The notes under the pieces were generated by a model. That model worked only from the letters and a program-made list of their open reading frames with translations, did not search any database and had not been told where the DNA came from. A DNA stretch of 64,000 bases from Microthyrium microscopicum. Lineage: Eukaryota. The position numbers and the translations under genes were made by a program. Below, piece after piece: positions 25,562-37,692 of this stretch (position 1 is the first letter of the stretch; the number at the start of each line of letters is the position of its first letter). The stretch covers positions 941,345 to 1,005,344 of the forward strand of contig MU004237.1 of NCBI GenBank assembly GCA_010405405.1. The letters run 5' to 3'.

Positions 25562-26675
25562 ATGGCAACGAATCATTCCAATATGGCTCCTGAGAGCCTT
25601 CAGCTGCCAACGTCAGCATTCGTTTCTCCTCGTCTGCGAATTGCCATGACAATTATGTTCGTATTCGTTGCAGTCATTTACTCCCTACGAATCTTCGCTC
25701 GAGTCCGACCAGCTTGGAAATTGGGGTCAGCAGATTATTCAATGACTGTTGCAATGATCCTGACAGCCACGAGTTACATTATCATCATGTCTGACCCAGT
25801 TCTTTCACACTCATCAGTATCAAATGAGTCTGTCTTGGGCGGGTTGAACCAATTCGAGACGATATCTGCGATCTTAGGCGCTCTCTGGATTTGGAGCATC
25901 ACATTCATTAAGATCTCAATCGTACTTATGTTTCTGAACATGTGGAATTCAATGCTATGGAGAATGCTGATATACGTTATGATTATAATCAATCTTTTCG
26001 CCGCTGTGGCTTACTCTGCCGAGTCACGACTGGAATGCAAAGACAAGGGTGATGAGAAGGAGAAGAAAGGGTATTGTTGGCTTACAAGCAATCATAATCA
26101 AGTACTTCTATTTACGTCTGGTACGTTGCCTTTGATCCTTGCTCTCATATGTATAAAGCTCTTCTAACCAGGAATCAGCATTATTCGCTTTTACCAACGT
26201 GACCACCGCGATACTTCCATTGATTTGTGTCACCAAGATCCAGCGCCCTCTTCGGGAGAAGATCATAATCACACTCTTGATGGTTCTTGGTCTAGTTGCT
26301 TCAGCTTGTGGAGTAGTCAAGGCCGTCTTGGTGTATGCTATGATTCAAGCTGACGGCTTGGCCAGCTATGGACTATCTGCTGGAAACCAGGACATTATTG
26401 CCATTTGGACGTAGGTAACTCCTTTCCGATACGATCAAGTGGGCTAAAAGGATGTCAGTTACTCGGAAATATTCATCGGAATTACAGTAGGAAACGTTCC
26501 ATACCTTAAGCCTCTTTTCGGCAATATTTTCCACTCAACAGGTCGCCTTGAGCAGCAACCTCTCCCGACCAGCCAAACTGCATATCGACCTACTTCCGTT
26601 TTCCAGCACCATGACAATTACGATGACGTTGACTTGAGCTCAAAGTCTTACCGCAAGAGTAGTATCGAGAATTAG
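25562..26675 (+). CDS. Pth11-like (fungal rhodopsin-domain) integral membrane protein, no CFEM
   Basis: LRIFAR..ADY, IKISI, AILPL..I, LGLVASACGVVK and EIFIGITVGNVPYLKPLF. Two introns. Confidence 0.85.
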
Positions 26676-26796
26676 GTTATCTTGAGAGGCGATTGATCGC
26701 GTCGTGTATTAAATTACATTGTATATATACAAAGAGTGGGCACCGGGTATCAGTCTATCCAGGAAGGGAGATTTCTAATGCCAAATACAAAAGCTT

Positions 26797-29151
26797 TTAC
26801 TCGTTAAGATTCGTCGCACGAACAAGTAGTCCAGACTTGTCTTCATTAAATGATACGTCTGCAGTATCTCCACTCTTCACTTGACCACGGATGATTTGGT
26901 TTGCCAGCCCATTGCCAATTTCTTTTGAAATGAGGCGGTTGAGTGGGCGAGCACCAAATCTTGGGTCGTAGCCACGGTCGCAGAGCCAAGTTTTGACTTC
27001 GTCAGGCACGTTGAGCGTGATTCGCCGGTCTTCCAATCGAATTTGGAGCTCTTTCAGTCGGATGTCTACGATATCCCTGAGAGCCGCCTTAGAGAGGCGA
27101 TTGAAGATGATAAATTCGTCTAGGCGGTTGAGAAATTCGGGTGGGTATGAGTGGGCGACAACATCCATGACTGATTTTTTGACGACTTCGGAGACTTGAC
27201 CACTCTCTTTCGATGCTTCGTGGGAGTGGAGGGGATCTTCTCCAAGGATGATATCGCTTCCAAGGTTCGAGGTAAGAACGATGATGGTATTGCGGAAGTC
27301 AACCTTGTGCCCCTGAGCATCAGTCAAGAAACCTTCGTCCAGGACTTGTAGCAGAAGAGTTGAAATGTCGCGATGGCCTTTTTCAAATTCATCGAATAAT
27401 AGGATTGAGTACGGTTTTCGCCTTATGGCCTCAGTGAGCTGGCCAGCATCATCGTATCCGACGTAGCCAGCTGGGCTGCCGATAAGACGGCTGATTGTAT
27501 GCTTTTCCTGGAACTCGGACATGTCAAAACGAGTGACAGCCGTTTCTGTGCTGAACAGGAACGACGCCATTTTCTTGCAAAGTTCAGTTTTGCCAACACC
27601 AGTAGGTCCGAGGAACATGAAAGACGCAAGTGGCCGATTGTCCCCACTCAATCCGGCTCGCTGTTGACGTACTGCGTTAGCAACAGCATGGAGTGCTTCG
27701 TCTTGGCCCTTGACTGATAGTCGTAGGGTATCTTCCATGTGAATGAGCTTTTCAACGTCTCCAGCCATGAGTTTGGTGACTGGAATTCCCGTTGTCCGAC
27801 TGACAACATTTGCGATATCGTCCGACGTAACGGCATCGTGGAGCAAGTTGTCTTCGGGTTTTGGCTCCCCGTTCTCATTGGGAAGCTTTTCTTGTAGCTT
27901 TGGAATGGTCGCATATTGAAGCTCACTAGCTTTTCCAAAGTCTCCTTCTCTTTGGGCCGCCTCCAGTTCGAAACGTGCTTTGTCGAGTTGCTCTTTAGTG
28001 CTCTTGATCTCCTCAATTTTTGCTCTTTCAGCCTCCCATTGCTCTGTGAGTTTATTGGCTTCTTCTTGTTTGGCCTTCAGTTGTGTTTCAAGGCGTTCGC
28101 GTCGCTCCTTGCTGGCAATATCAGTTTCCTTCCGTAACGATTCTAGCTCGATTTGGATTGTCATGATATTGCGATCAAGTTCTAATATCGCATCTGGTTT
28201 ACTTTCCTGTTGTAGTCGCAATGCACTAGCAGCTTCATCGACAAGGTCAATGGCCTTGTCTGGGAGGAATCGATCACTGATGTATCGATTGCTATATGTT
28301 GCCGCAGCTACCAGCGCATTATCCGTGATGCGAACGCCATGGTGGACTTCGTACTTGTCTTTGATACCGCGAAGAATTGATATGGTATCTTGAACTGACG
28401 GCTCTCCAACCAGAATGGGCTGAAATCGTCGAGCGAGAGCGACATCCTTTTCGATGAGCCGATACTCGTTGAGCGTGGTTGCACCACAGCATTGCAGCTC
28501 TCCACGAGACAACGCCGGCTTAAGTAGATTACTAGCATCAATGCTGCCTTCAGCTTTTCCAAGTCCTAATAGAGTATGAAGCTCGTCCACAAATAGTATC
28601 ACCCCACCGTGGGCTTCTTGAACTTCCTTGAGAACCTTCTTCAGTCTCTCTTCAAAGTCGCCACGGAACTTAGCCCCAGCAATCAACTGTCCAAGGTCCA
28701 GGGATACGACCCGCTTATTCTTGACTGACTCCGGGACATCGCCTTGCACAATTCTTTGGGCTAGACCTTCAACCACCGCAGTCTTTCCTGTACCAGCTTG
28801 GCCTATCAAGACAGGATTGTTTTTGGTCCTCCGGGAAAGGATTTGGATAGTTCGATGTATTTCTGCATCTCTTCCAATAACAGGATCTAGCTTGCCGTCC
28901 TTCGCTCGAGCTGTCAAGTCTACTCCATAACTCTCGAGCGCGGACTTCTCCGGCTCGCCGCCTAAGTTCATTCTATGGGTTCCACCTGGAGGATGGGCTT
29001 TGCCATTGTAAAAGCGAACATTCGAGATGGCCGGAGTGATTGTTCGAGTGAAGGCGAATGCTTGTGGAAATGCGGATCGAGTGATTGTGGATGGAGTGGC
29101 GATGCGCCGCGTTACGCCGCGGGCCAACCGCGTTCTGTATGAAGAAATCAT
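26797..29151 (-). CDS. HSP78: Mitochondrial ClpB/Hsp100 disaggregase
   Basis: Arg-rich mitochondrial presequence, no ClpN domain, LDPVIGRD, two AAA+ modules (GQAGTGKT and GPTGVGKT), GARPL. Confidence 0.96.
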   Translation of the reverse strand: MISSYRTRLARGVTRRIATPSTITRSAFPQAFAFTRTITPAISNVRFYNGKAHPPGGTHRMNLGGEPEKSALESYGVDLTARAKDGKLDPVIGRDAEIHRTIQILSRRTKNNPVLIGQAGTGKTAVVEGLAQRIVQGDVPESVKNKRVVSLDLGQLIAGAKFRGDFEERLKKVLKEVQEAHGGVILFVDELHTLLGLGKAEGSIDASNLLKPALSRGELQCCGATTLNEYRLIEKDVALARRFQPILVGEPSVQDTISILRGIKDKYEVHHGVRITDNALVAAATYSNRYISDRFLPDKAIDLVDEAASALRLQQESKPDAILELDRNIMTIQIELESLRKETDIASKERRERLETQLKAKQEEANKLTEQWEAERAKIEEIKSTKEQLDKARFELEAAQREGDFGKASELQYATIPKLQEKLPNENGEPKPEDNLLHDAVTSDDIANVVSRTTGIPVTKLMAGDVEKLIHMEDTLRLSVKGQDEALHAVANAVRQQRAGLSGDNRPLASFMFLGPTGVGKTELCKKMASFLFSTETAVTRFDMSEFQEKHTISRLIGSPAGYVGYDDAGQLTEAIRRKPYSILLFDEFEKGHRDISTLLLQVLDEGFLTDAQGHKVDFRNTIIVLTSNLGSDIILGEDPLHSHEASKESGQVSEVVKKSVMDVVAHSYPPEFLNRLDEFIIFNRLSKAALRDIVDIRLKELQIRLEDRRITLNVPDEVKTWLCDRGYDPRFGARPLNRLISKEIGNGLANQIIRGQVKSGDTADVSFNEDKSGLLVRATNLNE

Positions 29152-29244
29152 GGTTGTTGAAGCTCAATATCAGTTGACGGAAGCCGTCGCCGATTTGAAG
29201 GTATCATGATATACACGGGATGGCGGATAGTTGGAGTGGCTACC

Positions 29245-29269
29245 AGAAAAGTCGTGAAGATTCTCGAAC
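29245..29269. promoter_or_regulatory. Heat shock element (HSE) upstream of HSP78
   Basis: aGAAa-agtcg-tGAAg-aTTCt-cGAAc: three contiguous alternating nGAAn units plus one in-phase unit, about 100 bp upstream of the HSP78 ATG. Confidence 0.75.
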
Positions 29270-29762
29270 CATGGCATGTTCAGGCAAAAAAGGCAGCAAG
29301 GCATGCATGTGATGCGCCCCTGCACATGCATGCTAGCCTACATGTAGCTTGATACGCATGCACATGATCAACTTTTTTTGCAACCAACAAAGATGGTTGC
29401 CATGTATAATCAACTCCATCATTTGTCGATTCTACCAACTTGTCGGTCTCTAAACCTACATAATGAAAGAAGAAGCCTCTTGAATCGACCGTTACAGTAT
29501 CCGACTTTCCACAACACTGTACCAACAAGCGTAAAACACTCTAGCATCTCCATGTGTATGCCGTTGATGGCTACCTACTGCAGACAGCTCTCATCATCCA
29601 TACTGACGATCTCCTGGACGATAGGCAGGATGTAGAATACGGACGACCCGTGTCTATCGAGCTAGATGTTGCAAGAGTGAGGTTGATGCTGAGATCAGTT
29701 GGCGATAAAAGCAATGGATAACACCGTGAATCTGCCAGTGCTGCCAAATAACAATTCGTCGA

Positions 29763-32700
29763 TCACGGACTGGTTGCTGCATCAGCTCTGCCATCTCTGA
29801 GCTTACCGGTGTATCTTCCTGCCCAGAGTGAAACCATCTGATCAAATACAGTCTCTTCATCAGGGTCATCGTTCAGCTGATCAGCATATTTCTCGACAAA
29901 AATCCTCCGTGTCCTGTTCGCGTCTCTGGCATAACGCTTTGCCTCGTCCGCTTTCCCTAACTGTTCTAAGACTTGAGAAAGTCGAAATTGAGCTCTAGCA
30001 ACCTCTTCGGGTAGCCAGGCATCACGCTTCCGCCGTTCGAGGCATTGATTCAAAAGTTTCCTATACTATGTTTAGTACAGCTGGGCAATCGACAAATTGT
30101 ACTCAACATACTCTGCTTCCTCAAGTCTGCCTAGCCTCAGGAGGAAAGCCCCACAGGTTGAATAGCTCTCCAAGGTGTAGTGGTTGTATTCGCCGCATAT
30201 CTGGATTCTATCTTTTCGTACGTCTTCCATAATCTCCCAAGCTCTTTGCAGTTGTCCAGCATGGAATGAGATACATCCAAGGCTGAAACGCCCCCAGCTG
30301 CGTCATAGGATGACTTACTCCGGCTGCCTTCTCAAACAAATCTGCGCAGCGCCTCGAGAATTCGACGGCTTCTGCAGTCTTCTTCTGCCACAGTCGGACA
30401 AATGCCATGAGATGGTAGTACTTGCCGTATTCGAACGGAATCGTTTCTTCCATGCCCCATTTCTGATAGTTCTCTAAGCACCCGGTCATGATCCTTTCGA
30501 CGTCATCAAAGCGTTCCTCGTGCCAATAAGTATATGCGAGATCGCTCTTGATACTATCGAGAATCGTCTCGTCTTGACGTGTAACTTGGTTCTTCGGAAT
30601 GCTATCGAAGTTCTCCTGTCGCGCGTTCAGTGCTTTCATCCAATACTTCATGGTTTCTTTGCGGTCGCTGACGCCGTTGAAGCTGATCAGAATTCCAAGT
30701 TTGGAGTAGACGTTACTTCTTCGAACGTCGTTTTCTGGAACATGCTCCTTTTCGTAAACATCAAGGGCGGTTTTTAAAGCGTCATGACCTGCATCAGAAA
30801 GCCCCGCATGCCACATATACGTCCCAAGGTCAGAAAGAAGATCTGCAAAATCTACTGGTGGCTCTATTGGTGGTTTCAGCCATAAACAATGAGTTCGGAC
30901 ACTGAGAACTTGAGGGACATATTTTTCGAATTCAGGCCACTTCTCAGGTTCCGGAATATTCAACGGAGAAACTGATGGGCAGCCTTGGCGCAATATTGTC
31001 ATTGCGTTCCGAAAGCACTGCGATCTGTAATGTTCGTTCTCGCTGATGTCAAGTAACACGTTCGCCTGGACTGTGCGATGAACCGAGAGAAAGGGCCCGA
31101 GGTTCGGACTGTGATCTCGTCGAACAAGCTGTAGTCGCCGCAAAATTCGAACGTCCTCGAGAAACCTGTTCATGCTCAGCCTTTCAAGTCAAGGGGGAGC
31201 AATTGCGGTAGTTCTACTCATCCTCATTACTGATACAGTCAAGCACAGGATTTTTAAAGTGGGCGAAGAATATCTGCTCTGGTATGCAGTCAGGGTCTAA
31301 AAAAGCCAGGATGTTGAGGAATTCGCGGGTTCGTCGAGGAATTTGTTTCAAGGCGATGTCGAAGACAGATCGGAGGCTCTTGTCGTACTGCTTAGTTGGA
31401 CCTGTGGCACTGGCAGTCCACACCTTGGAAGACCGCTTTAAATTGTCTAAAAACCCTTGCACTTGACTGAGGCTCTCATTGATATACCCTCCTATCGCCG
31501 CAATGGCAAGGGGAAGTCCTTCAACAAACCTGGAAATATCCTCCGCTGCTTGTTGTTCCGCCTCATCGACCGCTTCCCTTTCCAAGTATTTGAAGAGCAG
31601 CTTGGCTCCATCCTCCAATCCAAAGCTCGTGACATTCATCTTCAGACAATTTTTTGTGACCGGATACGTCTGCGCGTTCTGCGTGGTCATGATATAATAG
31701 AGCTGATTCCTCGGCTTGTCAGTGGAAAGTACTGCGATAGATCTGCTACATCTTCCATATTATCGAAGATAAGCAGCCAGCTTCGTTCTAGGCCTGTCAG
31801 TTTGACCACAACTCAGACCTTAGTGCAGCTTACCAGTGTTTTCGAGCCATTTACGGGCAATGTAAACTCCTTCCTTCTTGTTGTGCTTGTTTCCGCCCTC
31901 AGGGAGAAGGCGTAGTTCCTCCTTCGCTATATGGCAAAACGCGTCCCTGAGCTCAACATCGCGCTCCGCGCTAAGCCAGAATATCGCATCGTACTTGGAT
32001 CGGTGTGCATAGGAGTACTCTAAAGCGGTCTGGGTCTTACCAACACCACCAATACCATGTAAGATGCAACACCTAGGCTCCTCGAGGCTTGGAGGACTAT
32101 CAGTCTTACTATCATCGGCCATTTCGACTTCAGGCAGTAGAAACTTGACTATATCTTCGAGATTATTCTTCCTGCCAACAAAAGTGTAGTTGCGATACAT
32201 GGCTACAGTTGAGATTGGGAAATCTATTTTGTCTTTGGTATTGGCTGGAGATTTGTTGCTGCTTTCGAGTGTTTTGAGGGGCGCATTCAGGCGCTTCATA
32301 ATTTCCACATTATGTCTTCTTACAGCTTTGCGGTGAAGAAGCTTGACTTCAGTCTCGAACTGCTTGATATTTTGTTCGATTCTCGTCTTAGTTGTCTGAA
32401 GCGCTGATCGTGGGGAAGTCGACCACAAATACTGCAGAATGTTGACTTGTTCGTTAGTGTGAACGAGCAAAATGCTGGCCGGATGAGGAATTCCACTTAC
32501 GTGATGGTCGATTTTTCAGGTAACGTACCACAAGAATGCAGTAATCAAGATAGTTGTCATACAAATCTTGAAGTGGCCATTGAAGTTCTGGATGACCAGG
32601 AAAAAGTTCCATGTATTCTTCCATTCTCGGTAAAGCGTTGTTCAAGTCACTGAGAAGACCTATGCTTTCTTCAAGCATACCAGAAACTTTACAGGCACAC

Positions 32701-33079
32701 TGCAGTAGGTACATGTTAGAGTACGGATGCTGACCCAACTGACATGTGTTATGGTACTTACTTCTATAACAGCCTGAATTCCGCCCCAGATAAGACATGA
32801 GATGGGAGCATATTGAGCTGCCGACGATATGGCAGAAGAAAAAGACACCACGTTGTCCAAAGTAGGTTGTAAGGAGCTCGACAGCATAGGAAGGCGCCTA
32901 AGACCATAGCTAATCGACATTTCGCGTATGGACTGCTGAAGTTGATCCATGCTCTGGATCCGATCGGCATTGATACATTTCTCTTCGAGGAAGTTGTGGC
33001 GTTTCTGTTGGTATAGTCTTCTCCACTGATCAAGCCTTTCAATGCTAAGACTACTAGTAGCACCACTTGAGGTAGCCAT
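29763..33079 (-). CDS. Fungal NLR-like STAND protein: Goodbye-like helical N-terminus, NB-ARC, TPR; apparent 1-nt frameshift near 30291-30295
   Basis: N-terminal LIWGGIQAVIE..LPRMEEY, Walker A HGIGGVGKT, Walker B LLIFDNME, GLPLAI, and TPR-like helices. Five introns. Confidence 0.85.
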
Positions 33080-33556
33080 GGCTGCGTGTAGTTTATAGCG
33101 GATTCAGAAGTGGATCTTTGAAAGAGGCCAATCCAGCTATAAATCTGGGGACTACTATAGGATGGCAAGTCACCGCCGTCTGACGTACGGGTCGCAATAC
33201 GGGATGCTTCGGTGAGAAGAAGGCATACATCTACGGGATACGAGAGCTGATCTGCCTTGCTGTCTGCTGCATATTTGGCCCTTTCCAGTGATGCAGAATT
33301 AAGCAGCAGCAAGCTACGCAACGAATTGCCCTATTAGTATCGATAGATTCAACAGGCTGATACAGTTGCTACTTACTGCTAGCCACCTCCACACCATGGT
33401 TATCGCTGATAGGCTCTACATCAGAGCACAGCATGTAGTTCCAACGGCATATTCTGAGGATGATTGCCTGAGGCGACCAATGAACAGCTTGGATTTGTTG
33501 AGCAAATAAGCCAATTCCTGAGACAGCTCCAGAGGCTGATTCAGTGTTTTACTATA

Positions 33557-34165
33557 CTATAGCGTGCAACGGGGGGTAGAGGAAATAATGTCTACTACTA
33601 TCTCTATAGTATCTTTTGAAAAGGTACTTCTTCCAGCATCCTTAATAAACATAATATCAGATTTTGGTACTATGTCTAGCTAACAAGACTATTTTATTTA
33701 AAAAATCATATCCTAGCTATTAAACAGAATCAAAAAAATTGCCTAAATAGGCAATTTTCTAGATTTAGAGTTTTGCTAGAGAGACTTATTTAAGATGATT
33801 TTAAATTACGGTATTTTACTTTACGTTCTAGGCTAGGCTCGTATTTTACTTATAAGCAAGATTTAGTGTATAGACTTCTACTAGTTTCACGAATACTAAA
33901 TATGCAAATTTGCAATCTTAGTACATATAGACTACCAAGATTTTCCTTTTCTTATTCTTACTTACTACTACTTTTGCTCCTTCTTAGTTTCCTATTATAA
34001 TCCTTCCTAGCTATTAAGACACTCTTTTACTAGACATTATTAAGAAATGATCTTATTTCAAGAAATATTAGCTCCGTAAACCAGTATTTTGGACATTATG
34101 TCGCCAAAATGTCTATAATAAGACAACTCAACATTATTCCTTCTACCCCCCCTCCCACGCTATGG
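33557..34165. mobile_element. RIP-damaged non-autonomous TIR DNA transposon relic (Tc1/mariner-type TA target duplication)
   Basis: Imperfect TIRs of about 35 bp: CTATAGCGTGCAACGGGGGGTAGAGGAAATAATG, and the right-end reverse complement CCATAGCGTGGGAGGGGGGGTAGAAGGAATAATG. TA flanks both ends. Interior is AT- and TpA-rich with no ORF. Confidence 0.8.
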
Positions 34166-34562
34166 TACCTATTGGGTCGGAGGACTTCACCGACTTGTAA
34201 AGATTCTTGCAGTATGATTGGTTAGGAGTTGACACCAATTGGTAACCGTTCTATGTACTCACCCGTCACGCTGTGTATAGAGAGGAGGGAACTGAGCCAC
34301 ATGCATCCTGCAAAGTCTGGGGGTACTCTGGGGCTCCAAGGTCGACTGTGATATAAAAAACAAGCCCCCAGTTAAGATGCCTTGCCACCTACCTAGATTA
34401 ATAAAATTAGCATTCAGGTAAAACTGGCATGTATATGTAGGTAGTATCTGCGTACTAGCCATGTCGAATAGGCGTTGTGTAAGTATGCTACTATGTAGTA
34501 CGAAGTAATGCTTGACGAATATCATGTGATTATTTTGTTGATCATATCGAGTTGGCTTTGCT

Positions 34563-36365
34563 ATGAATACAGTGGGATTCGACCCAAGTGCCATCGACGT
34601 CATGTTTTTTCCAGGAGTAGTGGCCGTTTCAGCCAGAATTGGCAATCTCGGAATGTTCTTTGCATGTGGTTTACTTGTATACTATATTTACCATTTGAGT
34701 TGTTCTACTGCGGTTGCAATGTCCCGACACCGATTCCCCTCAAGTCCCCTGCCAATGGAATTACTCCTTGAGCGGCTGCAGTCGCTTACGCCCACAATTA
34801 AAGAAATATGCAGAATCTCAGGTACTCCAGGGATATCTCTTGGAGTCCTGCACCATGGAGAAGTCATCTATACAAACAACTTCGGCTTCAGGAACGTAGC
34901 AACAAAGACACCGCCTGATGAAGATACACTTTACTATATTGCTTCGATGAGCAAGGCGTACACAGCTGCGGGGATCGCTATCCTCGTGGAACAAAAAAAG
35001 TTGAAATGGGAGACACCAGTTTCCAATATCCTACCGGACTTCCTTCATCCAGACGCATCCATTCGAGAAAATGCTTCCATGGTGGACTTCTTATCGCATC
35101 GCTCGGGCCTGGCATCCGCAAATGCGATGTGGTTTACCGAGTTTGGTCACCTTGCACTTCCGATAGAAGAGACAGTACGTTTTGCTTCACACCTTGACGT
35201 TGTCCATCCATTCAGACAGAAATGGCTATACAGTAATTGGGGCTATGGTCTTGCAGATCTCGTGGTGGAGAAGCTGACTGGCAAGTCCTGGGGCCAATTC
35301 CAGACCGAAAGCATCTTTCACCTGCTAGGAATGGTTAACACAACAGTTCATCATGTCCCAGAATCTAAGAACTTTGCCGAGGGGTACATGTCGCTTTCAA
35401 ATGGCACGCCATATCATGTGCCCCGCCCCGAACTTGAAGATGGAAAGATCTTAGGAGGCGCAGCTGCCATACAGACCAATGTACGCGAGTCTTTGATATT
35501 TTATAAGAGTCTCTTGGAAGCAGCCGAGAGTCAGAAAACTGGTTCGAAATCGTCTTCTCCACTGAAAGAAGTCCCCAAACTTTTCCAGCCACATATTCCA
35601 TTGGAAGCCAATGCATCACTCCAAAAACGCTCCTATGCACTAGGATGGGTCAGAACAGAGCTACCTGGTGCGTTGGGAAAGATCGGACAAAACTCAAGAT
35701 GGAAAAGGCAGATGCCTTTAGTTGGCAAAGGCCTAGAAAAGCCTCGCCTGTGCCTCTACCACGAAGGAAGCCTACTATCCTTTCTTTCGTCTGTCCATCT
35801 GCTGCCTGACAGCCAATCCGCCATCGTGGTACTTACGAATTCCATGGCTAACAGCGATGTGGCAGATTGGGTGGGAGAGATGCTACTAGAGGCCGTGCTT
35901 GATAACCCGGACAAGAATGACTACCTTCAAATCGCCAAAGAGACCATCAAAAGCTCGCTATCAGCGTGGCCAAGAATGGCAGTCTGGCTGGAGGAGCGAA
36001 GGGAACCAGGCACCAGCCCGCAGTCATTGCAAGCCTACGAGGGTATTTATTGGAATGGTCCACATAACTGGTCTGTGGAGATCTTCGTGGAAAAAGACCA
36101 ATTGACCATGTGTTTTCAAGGCAACCGCGAGCAGACATATGCACTCCATCACTATCACCACGATGTTTTCTCGTGGCTCCTCACTAGAGACGAGAATGTC
36201 ATTGACTACGGGCGGTTTCCAGTGACAATGCCACCCTTTTATTTGATCTCATTCCAAATTGACAAGAAAACTGGGGTAGTTAAAGAGCTTTTGTGGAAGC
36301 ATGATGGGGATGTGCCTGCTGGAGAAACTTTCTGGAAAGACTCTCAGACAAAAATGGAGCTGTAG
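34563..36365 (+). CDS. Beta-lactamase/transpeptidase-family serine hydrolase (AmpC-like, DUF3471-like C-terminus); true start may be about 34719
   Basis: SxxK (IASMSKA), LSHRSG, YxN (YSNWGY), YALGW and HEG motifs. Intronless. Confidence 0.9.
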   Translation: MNTVGFDPSAIDVMFFPGVVAVSARIGNLGMFFACGLLVYYIYHLSCSTAVAMSRHRFPSSPLPMELLLERLQSLTPTIKEICRISGTPGISLGVLHHGEVIYTNNFGFRNVATKTPPDEDTLYYIASMSKAYTAAGIAILVEQKKLKWETPVSNILPDFLHPDASIRENASMVDFLSHRSGLASANAMWFTEFGHLALPIEETVRFASHLDVVHPFRQKWLYSNWGYGLADLVVEKLTGKSWGQFQTESIFHLLGMVNTTVHHVPESKNFAEGYMSLSNGTPYHVPRPELEDGKILGGAAAIQTNVRESLIFYKSLLEAAESQKTGSKSSSPLKEVPKLFQPHIPLEANASLQKRSYALGWVRTELPGALGKIGQNSRWKRQMPLVGKGLEKPRLCLYHEGSLLSFLSSVHLLPDSQSAIVVLTNSMANSDVADWVGEMLLEAVLDNPDKNDYLQIAKETIKSSLSAWPRMAVWLEERREPGTSPQSLQAYEGIYWNGPHNWSVEIFVEKDQLTMCFQGNREQTYALHHYHHDVFSWLLTRDENVIDYGRFPVTMPPFYLISFQIDKKTGVVKELLWKHDGDVPAGETFWKDSQTKMEL

Positions 36366-37221
36366 ACGATGTTGCCAGCATTTTGTTTGGAGTTTTATGA
36401 CCTACTCTCTGTTTTGTTCTAGATACTTTTGCGAAGGAGATACAACAGAAAATAAATTACAGTACTCACGGTGTCTCAGCCTTTGGCGAACTGCGCGTTG
36501 TGACAGTTGGACCCGTTTCTTTGAAATATACTCGATCACGCGCTGCTTAGCAAAGATGTGGCCACCGAGCTTCTAGCCAATACAACAAAGTCGCACAGCA
36601 GGAAAGCGGGGTGCAGGCTATCTGCAGATAAGTTTATCAGAGACTCAGAGTCCATCGCCAGTCGTCGAATCGCTAGACAATAGGGACTCGTATCAAATTA
36701 CCTTTCTGCTCGCCGGGCTATTATGCAGCCTCACAGGCTCGCACACCTTGCAGCAAGCTGCAGCTGATCGACGATGGCAGATTAATATGCAAGTTTGCGA
36801 TTATGCACCCGTGCAAACGCATTCATTCGAGGCGACAATGATGACAATTCTTCGGCAAACTAATATTGCAGCTCAAAAGATGGAGCGGCAGGATTATTCC
36901 CCTGTACTTGCACCTAATTTGTCAACCGGGATACACATAGCTCCATAATCCCGAACACCGTCAAGCATTGCTAGAACACGATTTGCTCATTCTCCATCTT
37001 GCTTGATTTTATTTCCACCTGGATTACCTTGGTGGACGCGCGGTCTTTCATGGTTAGAAAGTCTGATCAGGCTGAGGCTCTGCTGTGCTTTGCCCAGACT
37101 TCACACAACCAATGGCAAGTGACTTCAAAAGCTATGCAGCCAATCAGAAGGTTTGGCTGAGAAGTGGTTCTCCGGACTGCCAAAAGCGGACTGTTTACCG
37201 CCGCATTAGTGGCGCGAAGTA

Positions 37222-37692
37222 CAGTGCTACAAGAGTTGACTTGGCCCCCCTTAAAATTATGAAATAGTTCTTTAGGCTGTGATTGGGTAGATCTTAGGGT
37301 CAAACTAGGCGTTACAGTACAACTTTATTAGGTAGCGCTTACTCGTAGCTAGGCCTTAGCCCTTTTAAACTATCCTTTCTAAATACTATATCTTATATTA
37401 CTTTTAAAGCTATATTTACAACTTAGAGAGTAAGATTCTAGTACTATAAACTACCTACTACTAGCTTTAAGATATATTAGAATACTAAAATTTAAGATAT
37501 TTATTAAAGATCTAGCTTTAGAACTAATAACAACATTATTTAGAATAATAATAGAGTTAGTAAGATTAATCTAAGAAGCTATGCTAATAAATTCATATAC
37601 TAACGTACTCTTTAGATCTTCTTGCCCTATAATTAGACCCTAAAACGCCATTTCATAATTTAGGGGGGGGCAAGTCAACTCTTGTAGCACTG
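37222..37692. mobile_element. RIP-damaged Tc1/mariner-type MITE or deletion derivative
   Basis: TIRs of about 50 bp beginning CAGTGCTACAAGAGTTGACTTG (first 22 bp perfect). TA on both sides. Very AT/TpA-rich interior. Confidence 0.9.

Noticed and set aside
27980..28930. Long antisense ORFs over HSP78 (similarly over NAT1 and the AT-hook gene)
   Set aside because: Shadow ORFs caused by codon bias of the real gene on the other strand or frame.
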